Origin: Spirogloea muscicola
Taxonomy: Eukaryota
NCBI GenBank assembly: GCA_009602725.1
Contig: WELB01000002.1
Location: 483,780 to 547,779, forward strand
Length of the DNA: 64,000 bases
Direction: 5' to 3'
Part shown: positions 45,330 to 58,800 of the stretch, one piece after another
Position numbering within the stretch: position 1 is the first letter of the stretch
Layout: each line of letters starts with the position of its first letter
Position numbers and translations under genes: made by a program
The notes under the pieces: generated by a model
The model's database searches: none
What the model saw: the letters and a program-made list of their open reading frames with translations, nothing else
What the model was told of the DNA's origin: nothing

Positions 45330-46910
45330 ATTACCACGGACGCTGGTCATCTTGTCCCTCGGCAATCTATCTAAAGTACGAGGTCGCCAACGCCGCCCTC
45401 AATAAGGGTCTCAAGTATGCCGATCATCCAGTAAGGTCTAGGATTCAGGGCACTTCTTGGCTCTTGAGGCGCGGTGGCTTGATCTCCTGCATACCGAGTC
45501 GTCCGAACGAGCGGTGCCCCAATGGCAACCACAAGTTAATGCCGCTGGCTATCTCGCCCCTGTGTACCACATTTTTCTAATTGCAGTCGTCCCTGGCTTT
45601 GTGCCTTGCATCTGCGTGCTGGCCATGCCCTGGCTGCCGCTCTAGGCTAAGGCGGGGGGACCCCTTGCAGGCTGCCCCTTGAACATGAGATTGCTCGCCC
45701 ATAGACAAAGAGGGGCTAGCAAAGCCAGCCCAGAAAAGAATGGACAACATCCAGACTTGAATTGACAAGCAGCAGCTGACCGGGGATTATCAGCCGCCAT
45801 CCGTGGCGGTCACTTGCTTAGCCAAGTTCTTTGCGCTCTCGACGTCCCTTCGGACCTTGGTTGTCCTGTGGGCTGGCATTTCGCAGCCGTTGTTCCATCT
45901 TGGAAGATGGCGCGCGGTGCTCAGGAATATAGAAGAGAGGCCAAATCGAGCCTTACAGGACTTCTGGTAAAGGGGTAATGTGCTGGCAAAGGGCCATGGT
46001 TCCATCTTGGAAGAGAAGTGGCTGTCCCAAAGGGGGGCAAGGGATGTGAACAGCCAGCCCGAAAAGAGTGACAAGGTCCACGTCCTTGGAAGAGCCCACA
46101 TCCCCCGACATGCGCGCTCAGGCGTATTACATGGCGTTGGTGGAGAAGAATTACAACCAGGCTGTGGCGCTCCTTCCCCAGGACGACCTTCGTGGGCGCG
46201 CCCGGCTCTTGTCGACCTCCTCCCAAGGGGCGACGGCGTGGTTGACATTGCTCCCCATCTACGCGGCGCTGACCATGCCGGACGCTGTCTTCTCAATGGC
46301 TTTCTCAACCGGCTCCTGGGAGCCTAAATCGCCCTGCCTCGTCGGTGTGCAAGTGCGGAGCACACCACCGACGCTGCAGAATTGGCTGCGCACATGCTTT
46401 GCTGAGCACATGCGGGAGAGCGGGCCGGGTCTCACGACCTCCTGCGAGTTAGCATGTGTAGCGTGTTCCTGAAGGCCGGCTACACAGTGGCCTTAGAAAA
46501 TCGTCTGTCATGCCCATACAGCTGGGGGCTGACGGTCGTCTCCATACACGGCGCGCCCACCTGGTCGCCATCCCGCCTGGAGGGGGTCCCCGCATCATTG
46601 CGGACGTGGTTATTACGTTTCCGTCGACTCCGCCAACCCCACCAAATCGGCGACGGAGCAAGGGCACGCGGTTGGCAAGGCTGCTAGCGGGAAAGAGCCA
46701 ATGAGTCACCCTGCCGGTGCTAGATTTTGTGGCGTTGACGACGGACGTGCACGGGGCGTTTGCCAGTCCATGTCTGGACCTCCTGCATTCACTCCAGTAC
46801 ATTCCCTTTCCTGGGCTGGCCAATCACAGCCATCGCCCATCGACTGGAAGAGTCTTTCTTTCTTGCTTTCCTGCAGCGGCTTGCACGGCGGGCCATCAAC
46901 CGTCGGCAGG
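45330..46910 (+). mobile_element. Degenerate RLE-LINE, interrupted by minus-strand 3' modules
   Basis: DDLRGRARLLSTSSQGATAWLTLLP; RRAHLVAIPPGGGPRIIADVVI; FVALTTDVHGAF; many frameshifts. Confidence 0.7.
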
Positions 46911-47329
46911 GCAGAGCTGCTACTCGCGCGGAGGTGACGCCGCCGTGCTCCGCGGCGGGACCAGGCCGGCGCGAGGGGGCTGGCGCGCAGTCCGGGCTGG
47001 GCAGGGAATCGAGTGTGTATTAAGTGATGGGCTGGGGGCGCCCGCCTGGCCCACCCGGCGGCGGCGTCTGGACTCCCCGAACCGCGACAATCGGGCTAAT
47101 TTCGTCTCCCAGGCGGTGTGGACTGAGGATCTGATCCCTTTGAAATCCCCCACAATAGGATTCTCAGCTTAGTTTATCAGACATATAAGTGCTCACTCGA
47201 GGATATTAGTGTCCCCTTAGCCAGCTCATTACCTCATTACCAGGACAAGGCTAGTATTGGCCTCCTTTCCAATTTCATACGCACCACGCGCCTTCTCTCT
47301 TTGGAAGGATCCTATTGGGGGCTCACAGC

Positions 47330-48406
47330 GGAACAGGCCGTCCCCTTCATCCACCTCGCCCACACCCCCGACCTGCGTGCCCAGGCACGCTTCACGGCGT
47401 TGGTTGAATAAGCGGCCTCTGACCAGGTGGTGGAGCTTCTCCCTCTGTCTGACCTCCACGGGCGTGCTAGGCTCCTGTCAGCCTCTTCCCCAGGGGCGGC
47501 TGCGTGGTTGTCAGCGCTCCCACTCTACGCAGCACTAAATTATGGCCGATGAGGTCTTTAGGACGGCAGTCATCGGCTCTTGGGCCTCCTCCCTCCCTGC
47601 CTCGTGGGCGTCACTCAGTGCAAGTGCGATGCCAGTCACGCCGACCCTGCGGAGCTGGCTGCCCACATGCTCCGCTGCGCGCACAGGGGCGAGCGGACAG
47701 GTTCACACGACCTCCTGCGAGACGCCATGCAGGGTGTGTTCCTGGAGGCCGGCTACAAGGTGGCAGTGGAGAACTCGACCATCGTGCCCATTCAGCGGGG
47801 CGTCGATGGACGGCTTCACCTCCGCCGCGCTGACCTCGTTGCCATCCCGTTCCGGAGGAGGTCCGCATATCATTGCAGATGTGGCGACTGCAGATAGCGT
47901 CGACTCCGCCAACTACGCAAAGTCGGCGACGCTCGCCGGGCACGCGGTCGCTTTGGCGGCTCGGAGTAAGGAGCGCAAGTACGCGGACCACCCTCCCGGC
48001 GATGGCTTCGCGGCCCTCGCCATTGACGTTCACGGGGCCTTTGGCAGTGGCTCGTTGGATCTCCTCCAGCGGCTTGCCCGGCAGGCCATCGAGCGACGGC
48101 CGGGTTCGCCAGGCTTTAATGCTGCCAGCTCCCTGGCTCAGGTATTTTGGATGAGGCTGGCGGCCTCGCTCCAGCGCTCTTTGGCTCATGTGGTCCACGT
48201 GCGGGCTGGCCGCGCTTTGACTGCTGCCTCCGGGTCTCGACAGAGTGCCTCTTTCCCTGCAGCGAGCTACTCTGACCTGCTGTTGCTCACTCGCGGGTAC
48301 TGAGCTTCCCTCTGCATCGTCTTGTGTTCTGTAATGTAGTCCTTTTCTGGTTTCTCTTTCTTTGGCTTTGGACATTGTCCATTCTTTTTGGGCTGGCTTT
48401 CTCAGC
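47330..48406 (+). mobile_element. 5'-truncated RLE (CRE-like) LINE
   Basis: GAAAWL; QCKC..H.LRC..SHDLLRD; RRADLV..IADV; KERKY; AIDVHGAFG; LQRS; LTRGY* (48303); 3' UTR interrupted at 48407. Confidence 0.85.
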
Positions 48407-50482
48407 TGTCATGCGCGAGGGCGTCGGTGCGAGATGGCGTCGATAGGTCTAGAAGAAGGAAATTGCTGACTTGCTAGTCTGGTGTACACACAAGCCAGAA
48501 CGAGGATATTGGCCACTTTGACCAGACTGACATGAAAAGCCATCTGCTGAGGAACCATGCCAGACATCACAGCACCATGGACAAGTCAAGAATAGTCGAA
48601 TTTTAATCTGTAGTTTCCCCCCCCCAACTGACAGTCCTGGCACAGGATGACAAGGTGGGTGATACATTGAGGAATTGACTCAGAGCACATCATGCTGTGT
48701 CACAGAATCATCACCAGTACATCCACAAGCACTTATCTTCACTGTAGTCTCGATGTAGTCTCGATGCTCAGTGACTTCCAGGCGTAAGGTACGACTTCAG
48801 CCTGTGCGTGATGTCATCCTTCTGTAAGGCAAACATGTCGAGAAGAAGTATGCCAGTCTGACTACGTCGCAGAAGTGGAACATCTCCAAATCAGAGTATA
48901 CCATCAGAAACATCAAATATAGATGTGAAGTAACCAGATATTGAGATACAGAAATAGTCTCAACAGCTACATTCAAGCAGTCCATGCAACAAACTCAAGC
49001 TCGAGAATTCGCATGACAAGTGAACGCAAGTGAAGAAGTTGTGAGCCGCTGTCCACGGAATAGTTGGTCACCCGTAACCAAGTAACGAGACCGTCCGAAG
49101 GTCGGTGCTATCTACCGGGTGACGAGACCGTCCGAAGATCGGTCCTATGTATGTTCTCCGGGTTCTTAGGAGGCCGAAACGGCGCGTCCTCTGTATCTTC
49201 GTGTTTAACAAACGATGCAGCCAATGCATGCATACAAGCAATCAGTTCAATACGTGCACTCAAATAATGAGAACAACACTCAAAGTGTGAAGACGTGCAA
49301 AGAGCAGCACAATGTGTAAGACTGCATACCAAAGACTAACGACAATGACGGCTGGCCATCGGTGTGGATCCCAAATCCGTCTTGACAGAAATCTGCAAAC
49401 AAGGTTGCAGCACTGCAGGCTTCTGCACCAAAGGTCTGTCAGAACGCATCATGCGTTGACCTCTCTCTGGAATTAGTATCATTTGTTTTGATATTCTTGG
49501 TTTGAGTGGTGCATTAGTAACACCTACAACCATTCCACATACAAGTGATGACTGTCTACTGAGTGATTGCGAGCAATATGAGAGCACACACACAAGCAAA
49601 TGTGCAGTCCCTTGTCCGCAAGCTCATCACTTGTGCAAGGTTAGTAAATGCCAATCGTTAATAGTGCTACTAGGCCTCAATGCACAGTCTTGACTGATGC
49701 AACTTGAGAATTAGTGCGACACGTAGCTCAATACTCGAGGCTGCTCACCACAGAATCACCACGACTTCTCGCAGTCGCGCCGCAGGTCCGTGCTAAGGTT
49801 GACTAGCTGCTGCGGCTCCTGCCCTAGGCTCTACGCTTCCATGGCGCGGCGTTGGTGCAGGCGTGGCTCGCGGCAAGAGGGTCAGACTTGCAAAGCGGAC
49901 TGCTTTGCAAGGGCTGCTCGCCCGACTTGGGCCGGGCGCGGCGAAACCCTAGCGCTACCTGATAGGTAAAGTGCGGCCGTTGGCTACGCTGGTTGGCTAA
50001 GCTGGATGGTCGGCTGTCGTGGGTTGTCATCCGTCGCAGGGGCTGGCTCGACCGTAGGATGGTCATCTTCAGCCGTCTGTTCCACGATCGCCCCGCCACC
50101 GCTTCTGTAGCGCCCACCTTCACGGTCTTGTGGGTGGTTGAGGTACCTTCAGATGGGCTTCCCTCTTTGCGCCTCGAACGGTCTTCTGACGGTCGGCGTC
50201 GCGTGTGGGCCTGGGCCCTTGTAGTCGCTCCGTTGTTGTTGTCGCCAGCATTTGATGTGCGGTTGATGTTGTTGTTGTCGTTGTCGTCGTTGTCGTCGTC
50301 CACATTTGAGCGGTCACCGAGAGAGGGAAAAGAAGAGAGAAACAGAGAAAAGTGGTCCTCCATCCTTAGCGTGAATCACACACAAAAGTGAATGAGACAG
50401 CCTAGGAAGCCACGTGTCAAGCCAGGTCAGCTGTCTTAGTCAAATCGACACAAATACCCAGTCGACGTGATTTAGCACGACA
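48407..50482 (-). mobile_element. Non-autonomous internal-deletion derivative of the TIR-bounded gypsy-like element
   Basis: 48407-48646 is the reverse complement of ~20045-20284 (including pol end and G-run); 48970-50482 is homologous to ~11615-12700; termini TGTC...GACA; TSD CAGC (48403-48406, 50483-50486). Confidence 0.88.
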
Positions 50483-51288
50483 CAGCCCCTTTTGGGCGCG
50501 CACTTTCACAGCCCTTGCCCCCTTTCAGAAGAGGTGCCTCTGATTACGACGGTGGTGCGCCTTGCGGGCCCTTTCGGACCTTCGGTTCTTCCCGAACTGC
50601 CTCTCACAGCCCTCCTTTCCATACATAGAAAGAGCTCCTCTTTCTTGCTGGCCTCTCACACCATTGCTGTCAGTTAGGTAAGCTGTTTTCATTCTTTTCT
50701 TGGTTCGAAAGAGAGAGAAGGCGCGCGGGGCGCATGAATTGAAAGGGAGGCCAATTCAAGCCAATACATTGTTCAGGCAGAGTCGAGTGCAGACTAAACA
50801 ATGCTACATAATACGGAAAGAGATGAAATAGGTGGTTGTCCCCCTCCACCTTTGTCAACGTAAGAAGAAGCAGCTATGTCAAAGGGGGCAAGGGCTGTGA
50901 AAGAAGGAGCAGCTCCTCCGTTGGCCCCTTCTCGCACTTTGTTCATTCTCTTTTAGGCTGGCCTTTTTCAGCCCCTATCCTCTATGGGCGAGCCCTTGTC
51001 TGTCTAAAACCAGCCCAAAAGAAGAAAAGTCAGCCCTGCAGAGGATTTTTACTAGGAAGAGCCAGCGCGTGGCTGATAAAGCGGTGCGACCCGACGCGCG
51101 CCCCCCCGCCAACTGCTGATGGGCCGACCAGTGGGGCGCATCCACACGGCCACTGACTAGGGGCTATTGAGCTGGCTGTTCCAGCCCCTATCCTCAATGG
51201 GCGAGCTCTTTCTCTATTGAGCACATATTCGTAGTAGCCATTAACGTAGCTTTGCGCGGCTCGGGATTGCTAAGCTCCCATTTAAGAG

Positions 51289-51939
51289 TGTAACGTCCCC
51301 CCTGCTCGGGAGAACCAAACGGTCCCGGTAAACGGCTTCACGCGCGTCACGCGCCAGTCACGCGCGGCACGCGCCAGTCCCCAGGACTCGTACCATTCGT
51401 CAGGCTCGCGCCACGCGAGCCCGCACCTTGCGCGTCACGCGCCAGTCGTATCCCCATTGTGCGGGTCCGCTCCTTCGGGGGCCGGACCTTGGGGCTACCC
51501 TCGTCACACCCTCGGGAGAGGGGTGGCAGGTGGAACGCTATAAGTAGTAGGCCGAGGCCAGACTCTTGAGTCGGACAAGTGACCCCTAGAGAGAAGCATA
51601 GCCCTGCTTGCCTGCTGCTGCAGCCGCCGCCCCAGCCCTGCTGCTGCCGTCTGCTCCCCAGCCCGTCGCCGCAGCTCGTCGCTGTGGATATCGCCGGCTC
51701 TCCGTAAGTGCTATGGTTGCGCCCCATCTGGGGACAGCTACTAAAGAGACCCTCGGTAGAGTCGCCACCCTCTGGCAACGCCTCGGGGTCAGACTTCCGC
51801 TGTGTTTTGTGATGCACTTGAGTTCACCGTGTGCGCTGGCGCTCCACTATGTAGGGGGGTAGTCCCAGAACCCCCTAGGTCCGAACTCAATAAGGACGTA
51901 CTAAGCCCTAACTGCGTGTATAGAGATCAGGACGTCAAT
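51289..51939 (+). mobile_element. Possible solo LTR of an unrelated element
   Basis: Starts TGTAACGTCC, ends GGACGTCAAT (imperfect inverted ends), flanked by AGAG on both sides; TATA-like CTATAAGTA at ~51538; short internal repeats. Confidence 0.45.
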
Positions 51940-52466
51940 AGAGTCTCATGCATGGCTGTCTGTTTTGGCGCCTTTCGGCCCTTCGGACCTCGTTCATTCT
52001 TGCTTGGCAAGCCATTCACAGCCCCCGCCCTCTTTGGAAGAGCTCACTTCTTGTGTGCTCTAAATGGAAGTAGCTCTATCAAAGGGGGCAACAGCTGCAA
52101 AGGGCCAGTCCACAAAAGAACGACAAAGGTGGCTCAGTGCTTTCCGGCCCCTTGTGGACCTTGCCGCCTCTGGCTACCGTCAAGGGGACTGCTTTCTTCG
52201 GCTAGTTCTGACTTGCGGCTGCCTACTAGGGGTTACTAAGTAATCATCCAGTGTAGTACTCCTCAATTTTGTGTTTTAGCACTTCCGGCCCTTCGGACCT
52301 TGCCCACTGTTTCCGGGCTGGCTTTCTTAGTGCTTCGCCTTAGTGCTTCGCCTGGCCCCCTTCTTCTTGGGCTTCTTGTATTCTGCTCATTCTTTTTTGG
52401 GCTGGCTGTTCCAGCCCCTATCCTCAATGGGCGAGCTCTTTCTTCTTTTTCCACAGCCCTCGCCCC

Positions 52467-53775
52467 TGTCATGCCAGATGGTGTCGACTGCAAGTGATGC
52501 CGATAGGAGTATCTAGACTGAGAAATGACACAATAAGACCGCGTGATACTAAACGATAGTAAGAGGAAGTCATCTGTGAACATAGCAGGAGAAAGTTGGA
52601 AGATCAAACAGTTTTTATTCGGAAATTGTCTGAATTGATCTTGTGTAGCTTCAGTGAAACATGTTTTCTGCTGTCTATAGAGTATCTTGTGTCCAATATC
52701 CAAGTCAATGAGACCCTCCGAAGAGTGGCCCTATTTAAGTGACTCTCACCAAGGAGACCTCCGAAGAGCAGCCGCTCTTTACCGGGCTGATGGTTTTATG
52801 CAAGCATACAAGTAGAACAATGCGAGCAATCTGCAAGAGCATACACGCCAGCATTAGATTTCAGCACGTATACTCAAACAATGAGTACAACGCTTAGGGT
52901 GTAAAGACTTCAATGAGCAGCACAGTAGTCAAGGCTTTTCACATGGAGTCGCAATGATTTCTCGCAGTCTGCACGCGGCTTTGCGCAAGGCACACTAGCT
53001 GTCTGCGCCGTATGCTCCGGGCTTTGCGCTCTGTGGGCGTGGGCGCGGACGCAGGCGCGGGTGGGCGCAGGCGCGGCAAGATGGTGAGACTGGCCAAGCG
53101 AACTGCTTGGTGAAGGCGGCTCGCCCCGGATTGGGCCGAGATCCTAGCGCTGCCTGATAGGCCAGGTTCGGCCGTCGGCTACGCTGGTTGGCTAAGCTGG
53201 TTGACCAACCTTCATTGACGAATCACCTGACCCGCTGGCCGACTCGACCCAGGAAGGGATCCAGCCGCTTGTTCACGATCGCCCCGCCACCGCTTCTGTA
53301 GCTGACTTGCATCTTCCGACTTCTTCCGACTTGCATCTTCTGACTAGAGTTTACTGAGCGTCCCCTTGCTGATGTCTTACTCCTTAGCACTCTGGCTCCT
53401 TCAGACCTTGTCCATTCCTTTGGGCTGGCCTCTCTCAGCCACCAGTAAATGTGGCCGCGCTTGCATTTTTGTAGCGCCTACCTTCACGGTCTTGTGGGTG
53501 GTAGAGGTGCCTTCAGATGGGCTTCCCTCGTTGCGCTTCGAACGGTCTTCTGACGGTCGGCGTCGTGCGTGGGCTTTAGCCCTTGTGGTCGCGTCGTTGT
53601 TGTAGTCCGCTTGTGATGAGCGGTCGCCTCGATTCGATCCGGAGGAAGTTCCCCATCCTTGGCTCGAATCACAACCAAAAATGTATGACTCAGCCGCAGG
53701 AATCCACGTGTCAAGCCAGGTCAGCTGTCCTGGTCAGATCGACACAATAGGCCGTCGAAATGATATAGGACGACA
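52467..53775 (-). mobile_element. Second, more diverged non-autonomous member of the TIR-bounded family, containing a LINE 3' insertion
   Basis: Ends TGTCATGCCAGATGGTGTCGAC... and ...GATATAGGACGACA; homology to ~11615-12600; flanks CCCC/CCGC; internal insertion 53303-53469 with TSD TGTAGC. Confidence 0.78.
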
Positions 53776-54219
53776 CCGCGTTTGCCCCATCTGGCCCTTT
53801 TAGACCTTGTTATGCCTTTGGGCTGGCCTCTCACAGCCACTGCTGTCAATGTGGACAGCTTTACCCCTTACATTCCCCATCTCTTGATACACAGGTTTCC
53901 CCTTATATTGAAAGAGCTCGTGTTACAGCCCTCGCGCCCTTCGAATGACCGTACTTGTTTTTCTGGCATTCTTCTTCTTCTTTCTGGCATTAGAGGCCAG
54001 CCTACTTGCGAGCAGGCCGCGCTACGGCTGCTGCATCTGGGTGTAGACGGAGTGCCTCTTTCCCAGCTGCGAGTAATTCCGACTTGCTGCTGCTTACCCG
54101 TGGGTACTAGGCTTCCATCTGCGGTCGTCTCGTGTCTAGCTGTGTGGTTTTTCTTTTCGGCACCTTTTGGCTCTTTGGACCTTATCCATACTTTTTGGGC
54201 TGGCCTTTCCTTGGGGCTC

Positions 54220-55287
54220 TCTGCCTCGCGGGCTGGCCACGCTGCGGCGAAGGCCGCTCGCAGCAAGGCGGCCAAACACGCCGACCACCCGGCTGCAGAT
54301 GCGTTCGTCCCCCTGGCCATGGACGTGCACGGGGCTCTCGAGTCCCAGTGGCTCGACCTGCTGGCCAGGGGTTTCCGTGGCGCGCTGTCTCCCGCAGGCG
54401 CGGTGAGCCGGCTGACTTCAATGCCGCCGGCTCGTGGGCTCAAGTGTATTGTATGAGATTGTCAGTGTCCCTTCAGCGGTCCATGGCCCACGCTCTGCAT
54501 CTGCGTGCTGGCCGTGCTCTAGCTGCGGCCTCCGGCTTTCGTCAGGGGGATAATTTTCCGGCAGCTAGTCTGTCGGATCTGAGGCTCCTTACTCGTAACT
54601 ACTGAGTGATCCATCCCCTATTCTGACATAGCATCTTCAGGCCCCTTTGTAGCTGCTAAACGCCTGTAGGCCCTACCGAACCTTGTGTCAATTCGTTTGG
54701 GCTGGCTTTTCGCAGCCCTTGCCCACATTGGGAGTGCCACTTCTTCTTTCCCACTTCTTTTTCTGGGGTGATGCCCATCCAACTCCGCGATGGGGTCCCT
54801 CGGACGAGGCGTGTCGATCTGGTCGGCGTCCTTCTGGGAGGTGGCAAGTGGCTCCTCGTGGACGTTGTCCTCACCGACAGCTTCCGGACGAAGGGCCCCA
54901 TTACTTCTAAGACCGGCTACGCTGTGAAGGTGGCCGAACGGAAGAAGCCTGCACAAGTACAAGGACCACCCGGCGGGTGATACCTTTTACCCCCTGGCCA
55001 TGGACATCCATGTTACGGGTCGGTGGTCCTCGTTACTTTCGCTGCTGGCCTCTCAAGCTGACCAGCGGCGCCGGGAACAGGGTGCCGCCCTTCCCGGTGG
55101 CTCGGTGCCTTTGGGTCTTGTTTCCTGCTACCGCATGCGTCTTTCTATGTGCCTACAGCGGTCCCAGGCGATTGCTTTGCATCGCCGGGCTGGTCGCGCC
55201 CTTGCAGCAGCTTCTGGCTTGCGCAGCGGGGTTGCTCTTCCTCCCCTCAGCTCATCTGACTTCCTACTGCTGACACGGGGGTATTGA
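54220..55287 (+). mobile_element. Two tandem RLE-LINE C-terminal fragments
   Basis: KAAKHADHPAADAFVPLAMDVHG...LTRNY* (54605) with 3' UTR; RRVDLVGVLLGGGKWLLVDVV...LTRGY* (55287). Confidence 0.78.
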
Positions 55288-55852
55288 GGGCGCCCTGTCT
55301 GCCTAGCCTTTGGCTCCGTCATGAACACCTGTAAGCATCTGGCTGACAGCCGATTCTTTCATATCAGCAGCCGCTTTCTTTCTTTTTCCAGCCCCTACCC
55401 TCGTTTACACTCTTCGACCCAAAGAGAGAAGGCGCGCGGGGCGCATAAAGGAGTGAACAACCGGCACGCCGCCTACCGCGGCTGCCCTCAAATATGCCAC
55501 TCTCTTATCTTCGGCCCTTTGCGACCTTGTCAATTCTCTACGAGTTAGCATTTCACAGCTCGCCCCTTTGGAAGAGCTCACTTCTCCTTGTACATTCCAT
55601 TGGGCTGGCCTCTCACTGCCATTGCCTTTACATCAGAAGAGCTATTTCTTCCTCGTTGACTTCTGTGAGACTTTCCTATGACTTCCCTCCACGAGCTTCG
55701 CCGCTGGCGCACCCCACGCCCACTGCCATAAGCGCCGCCGCCGCCGCCGTATGAGAAGCCCCTTGGCCCAGTTGTGGCGAGCCGTCCAGCGGCGCTTCCG
55801 CCTTGGTGTTCAGTGGCTGCGGAAACGGGCCATGTAGCGGCTCTCGTTGACA

Positions 55853-58800
55853 ATGGCAGCGGCTGCAGGCGCCACGGCCGCGGCCACGGGGCCTTGTCGC
55901 GGTTGCGCTATTGGGTTTCTTCGCCGTTGCCATCGGGAGCCTTGCGTGAGCAGCCCCTTCTCTGTGTGTCAGCCTGTTTGCAGCGAGCTCAGGCTTTGCA
56001 CCAGAAAGCTGGTCGAGCCTTAGCTGGTGGCACAAGGGCTTGTCAATTGCCATCCGGTAGTCGAGCCTCACTTAGCGACCTTTGAATGCTGACTCGTAGT
56101 TACTGAGCGGGTTAGCTTAGCAGCAGGTCATGTACATCTGTCAATGTGCTTGCCTTTGCACTTGGCCCCTCAGGCCCTCCATCACTCAAAACACAGTCCA
56201 TTCCCTTCCTTCTCCTCCCCATTGGATTTTAATCCTTCTGTTGCAACGGGACCGCCATTCCTAAACTGCGAGCAGAATGCGCCTGCAAGTCATCTTCCTG
56301 CAATTGCAGCAGTTGCCACATTGGACTCCTGCAGAGGCATGCGCTCCATTATACGCTGCATGGCGTCCTCATTGTCCCCGCCCGCTGACTTGCGTCTCTC
56401 CTCCGCCTCGCAGCTCCGACAAGGCCGCCCTGCTGGCCTTCAAGGCCGGGATCACCAACGACCCCTATGGCACACTCGCCAACTGGAGCTCAGCCGACCC
56501 TACCCCGTGCGGCTGGTTCGGCATTGTGTGCAATGCAACGATGCAGGGAGGCCCCAGGCAAGAGCTTCATCCCTAGCCCCGACCTACAACAAGTTGGCCG
56601 TTGAAACGTGTCAAGCAAGATGCACGAGCAGCCCTTATTGAGGTCGTGGACCTGCAGAGCCCCCCTTCTCTGCGGCCACTCTCGCCAGGACCAATCGCAG
56701 TGGCTGCGTAAGGCAGCAGAGGGCCCCTGGACCAGCAGCTTATAAGCCAGCTCATTGAGAGGCGCAGCATGGAGATCTCGGTCAAGCTCAGCCGTATCAA
56801 CTCCTGGCCACTGGTATCTACTTGCAGGCAAGTTATTGGGCTAGATGTGACGGAGATGCTGCTGGAAGGCAAGCTGGCCCCGGAGCTCGGCAACATTGGC
56901 AGCCTGCACTACATATTTCTGAATGACAATGTCCTCTCGGGCCCCATCCCGGCAGCGCTGGGCAACCTATCGAGATTTCAGAGACTCGACCTCAGCTACA
57001 ATATGTGAGCAAGTTTACAATTCTCAATCCCGATCTCGATTAAAGGTTTGACAGCAGTGATCCTTTGTCTTTATCTCTACCTCAATGATCCTCCCTGGGG
57101 GCCTGCGTGCACGGCGAATTTGCGTGGCCGCTTGTGAGCACGGCCTTCTTGAGGTCGTGCCTGTCTTTCTGAGTGTCAAGCAATGGGGCAGAAGCCTCTA
57201 TGGCTGCACCCTTCATCTTGAAGCTGCTCATTTCAAATTCGATTTCAAGACTCGATGTCAAGACTCTTGCTCTTTTGTGTCATGGCAGATTGTCAGGTCC
57301 CATCCCAGAAGAGCTTGGGAATCTCTTGGCCCTCCGAGGCCTCAACCTTGACAACAACACGTAATGACCCTCCCACCACCTGCGTGTGTTTGGAAGGCTG
57401 TCCGTTGTCCACCCTTGACAACAGAAGCCAGATTTGCATACACAACCAGAACAGGCTCAGCCTTAGCATGACCCTTGCTAAGGCTGCTGCATGCTCCACA
57501 CTCAGTAATCTCAGCAAGCAAGTTGCTTCGCACTGGCTTCTCAAATGTACATCCTGCAATACCATCTATCATCACAATGGCCTTGAAGCCATCACTGACG
57601 TGCCAGGAGAGAAGGCGCGCGGTGCGCATGAAACTGAGAAGGGAGGCCAATTCTAGCCATACAAATGTCCTGGTAACGGGGTAATGAGCTGGCTAAAGGG
57701 GACACTAAATATTCTCCAGGAAGTGACCACATTGCCTTCGCTGTCTGTCAGATTGAACGGCTCCATCTCAGTCAGTCTTGCCGCGCTTCCGCTCCTCGAG
57801 GAGCTCTACTTGACAAGTAACAGGTCCCTTTCGTAATCCATACTCAACTTGGAGATGAGGATGTGGACATTATGATGCACATACCCTCTACTCCCATTGC
57901 ATCCAGCTTTTGATTCACTTCTACTAAGCCATTTCCGCAGCCTTACGGGACAATTGCCAGCTGAATTTGGAGTCTCTTTGAGCCTCACACAATTAGTCCT
58001 GGATTACAATAGGTGCGCTTACAGGATACTTTTCTTCTGGATTGGCGAGACTGGATAGAGAAGCAGACCATATAATTCAGACAACCAATCATATCTGCTG
58101 TATCTGTCTCGTCTTGTTTCCCATTAAGTCCGACTTGTTTCTCAGCACATCTGTTGCATCGATAGTAGCTACTAAGGCGAGCAGCTCAAACAGCTGTCTG
58201 GTTGCTCATAAGCCATTCTCGTTTCTTGATTCAGGCTCATGGGACTTATCCCATCTCAGCTTGACCAAAATCAGGCTCTCTAATTCTTGAGACTCGCAGG
58301 CAACCAGTAAGTACAAATTCGCTGGAAGGCACATCTATATTGCGCTTTTAAGCTTGCGGTCTCTTATGTCATATGTCCCTCTGTCTATTGTGGAGGCATT
58401 TGACCTTGAAATGTCAAGTTGGGGCTGTCATTCTACGGCAACTATATGCTGCTGCCACACCCAGTATGAATGCACTTGTTGTCGTCAGCATTCATTGAGA
58501 ACCACAAAGGGGTTTGATCATGCAATTCCTTTGTTTCTGCATGCGGTCGCCCATCTCATTGTTGACTATCCTTCAACCCAGATTGTCAGGAAGCATACCA
58601 TCTGCGCTTGGAAATTGATCGCAGCTCCTTGGTCTTGATATCTCCTATAATAGGTTTGCTGCTGCGCATGAAACACTATCAGCCCAATCGCATATACTGC
58701 ATGTACAAGGCTGCGCAGCATCCATCTTATTAAAAGGAAAGCAAAAGCAGTCAAACTGTTGGAGCTTTACCTTCTTTGCCGGTGCTATCTCTGCACGCTT

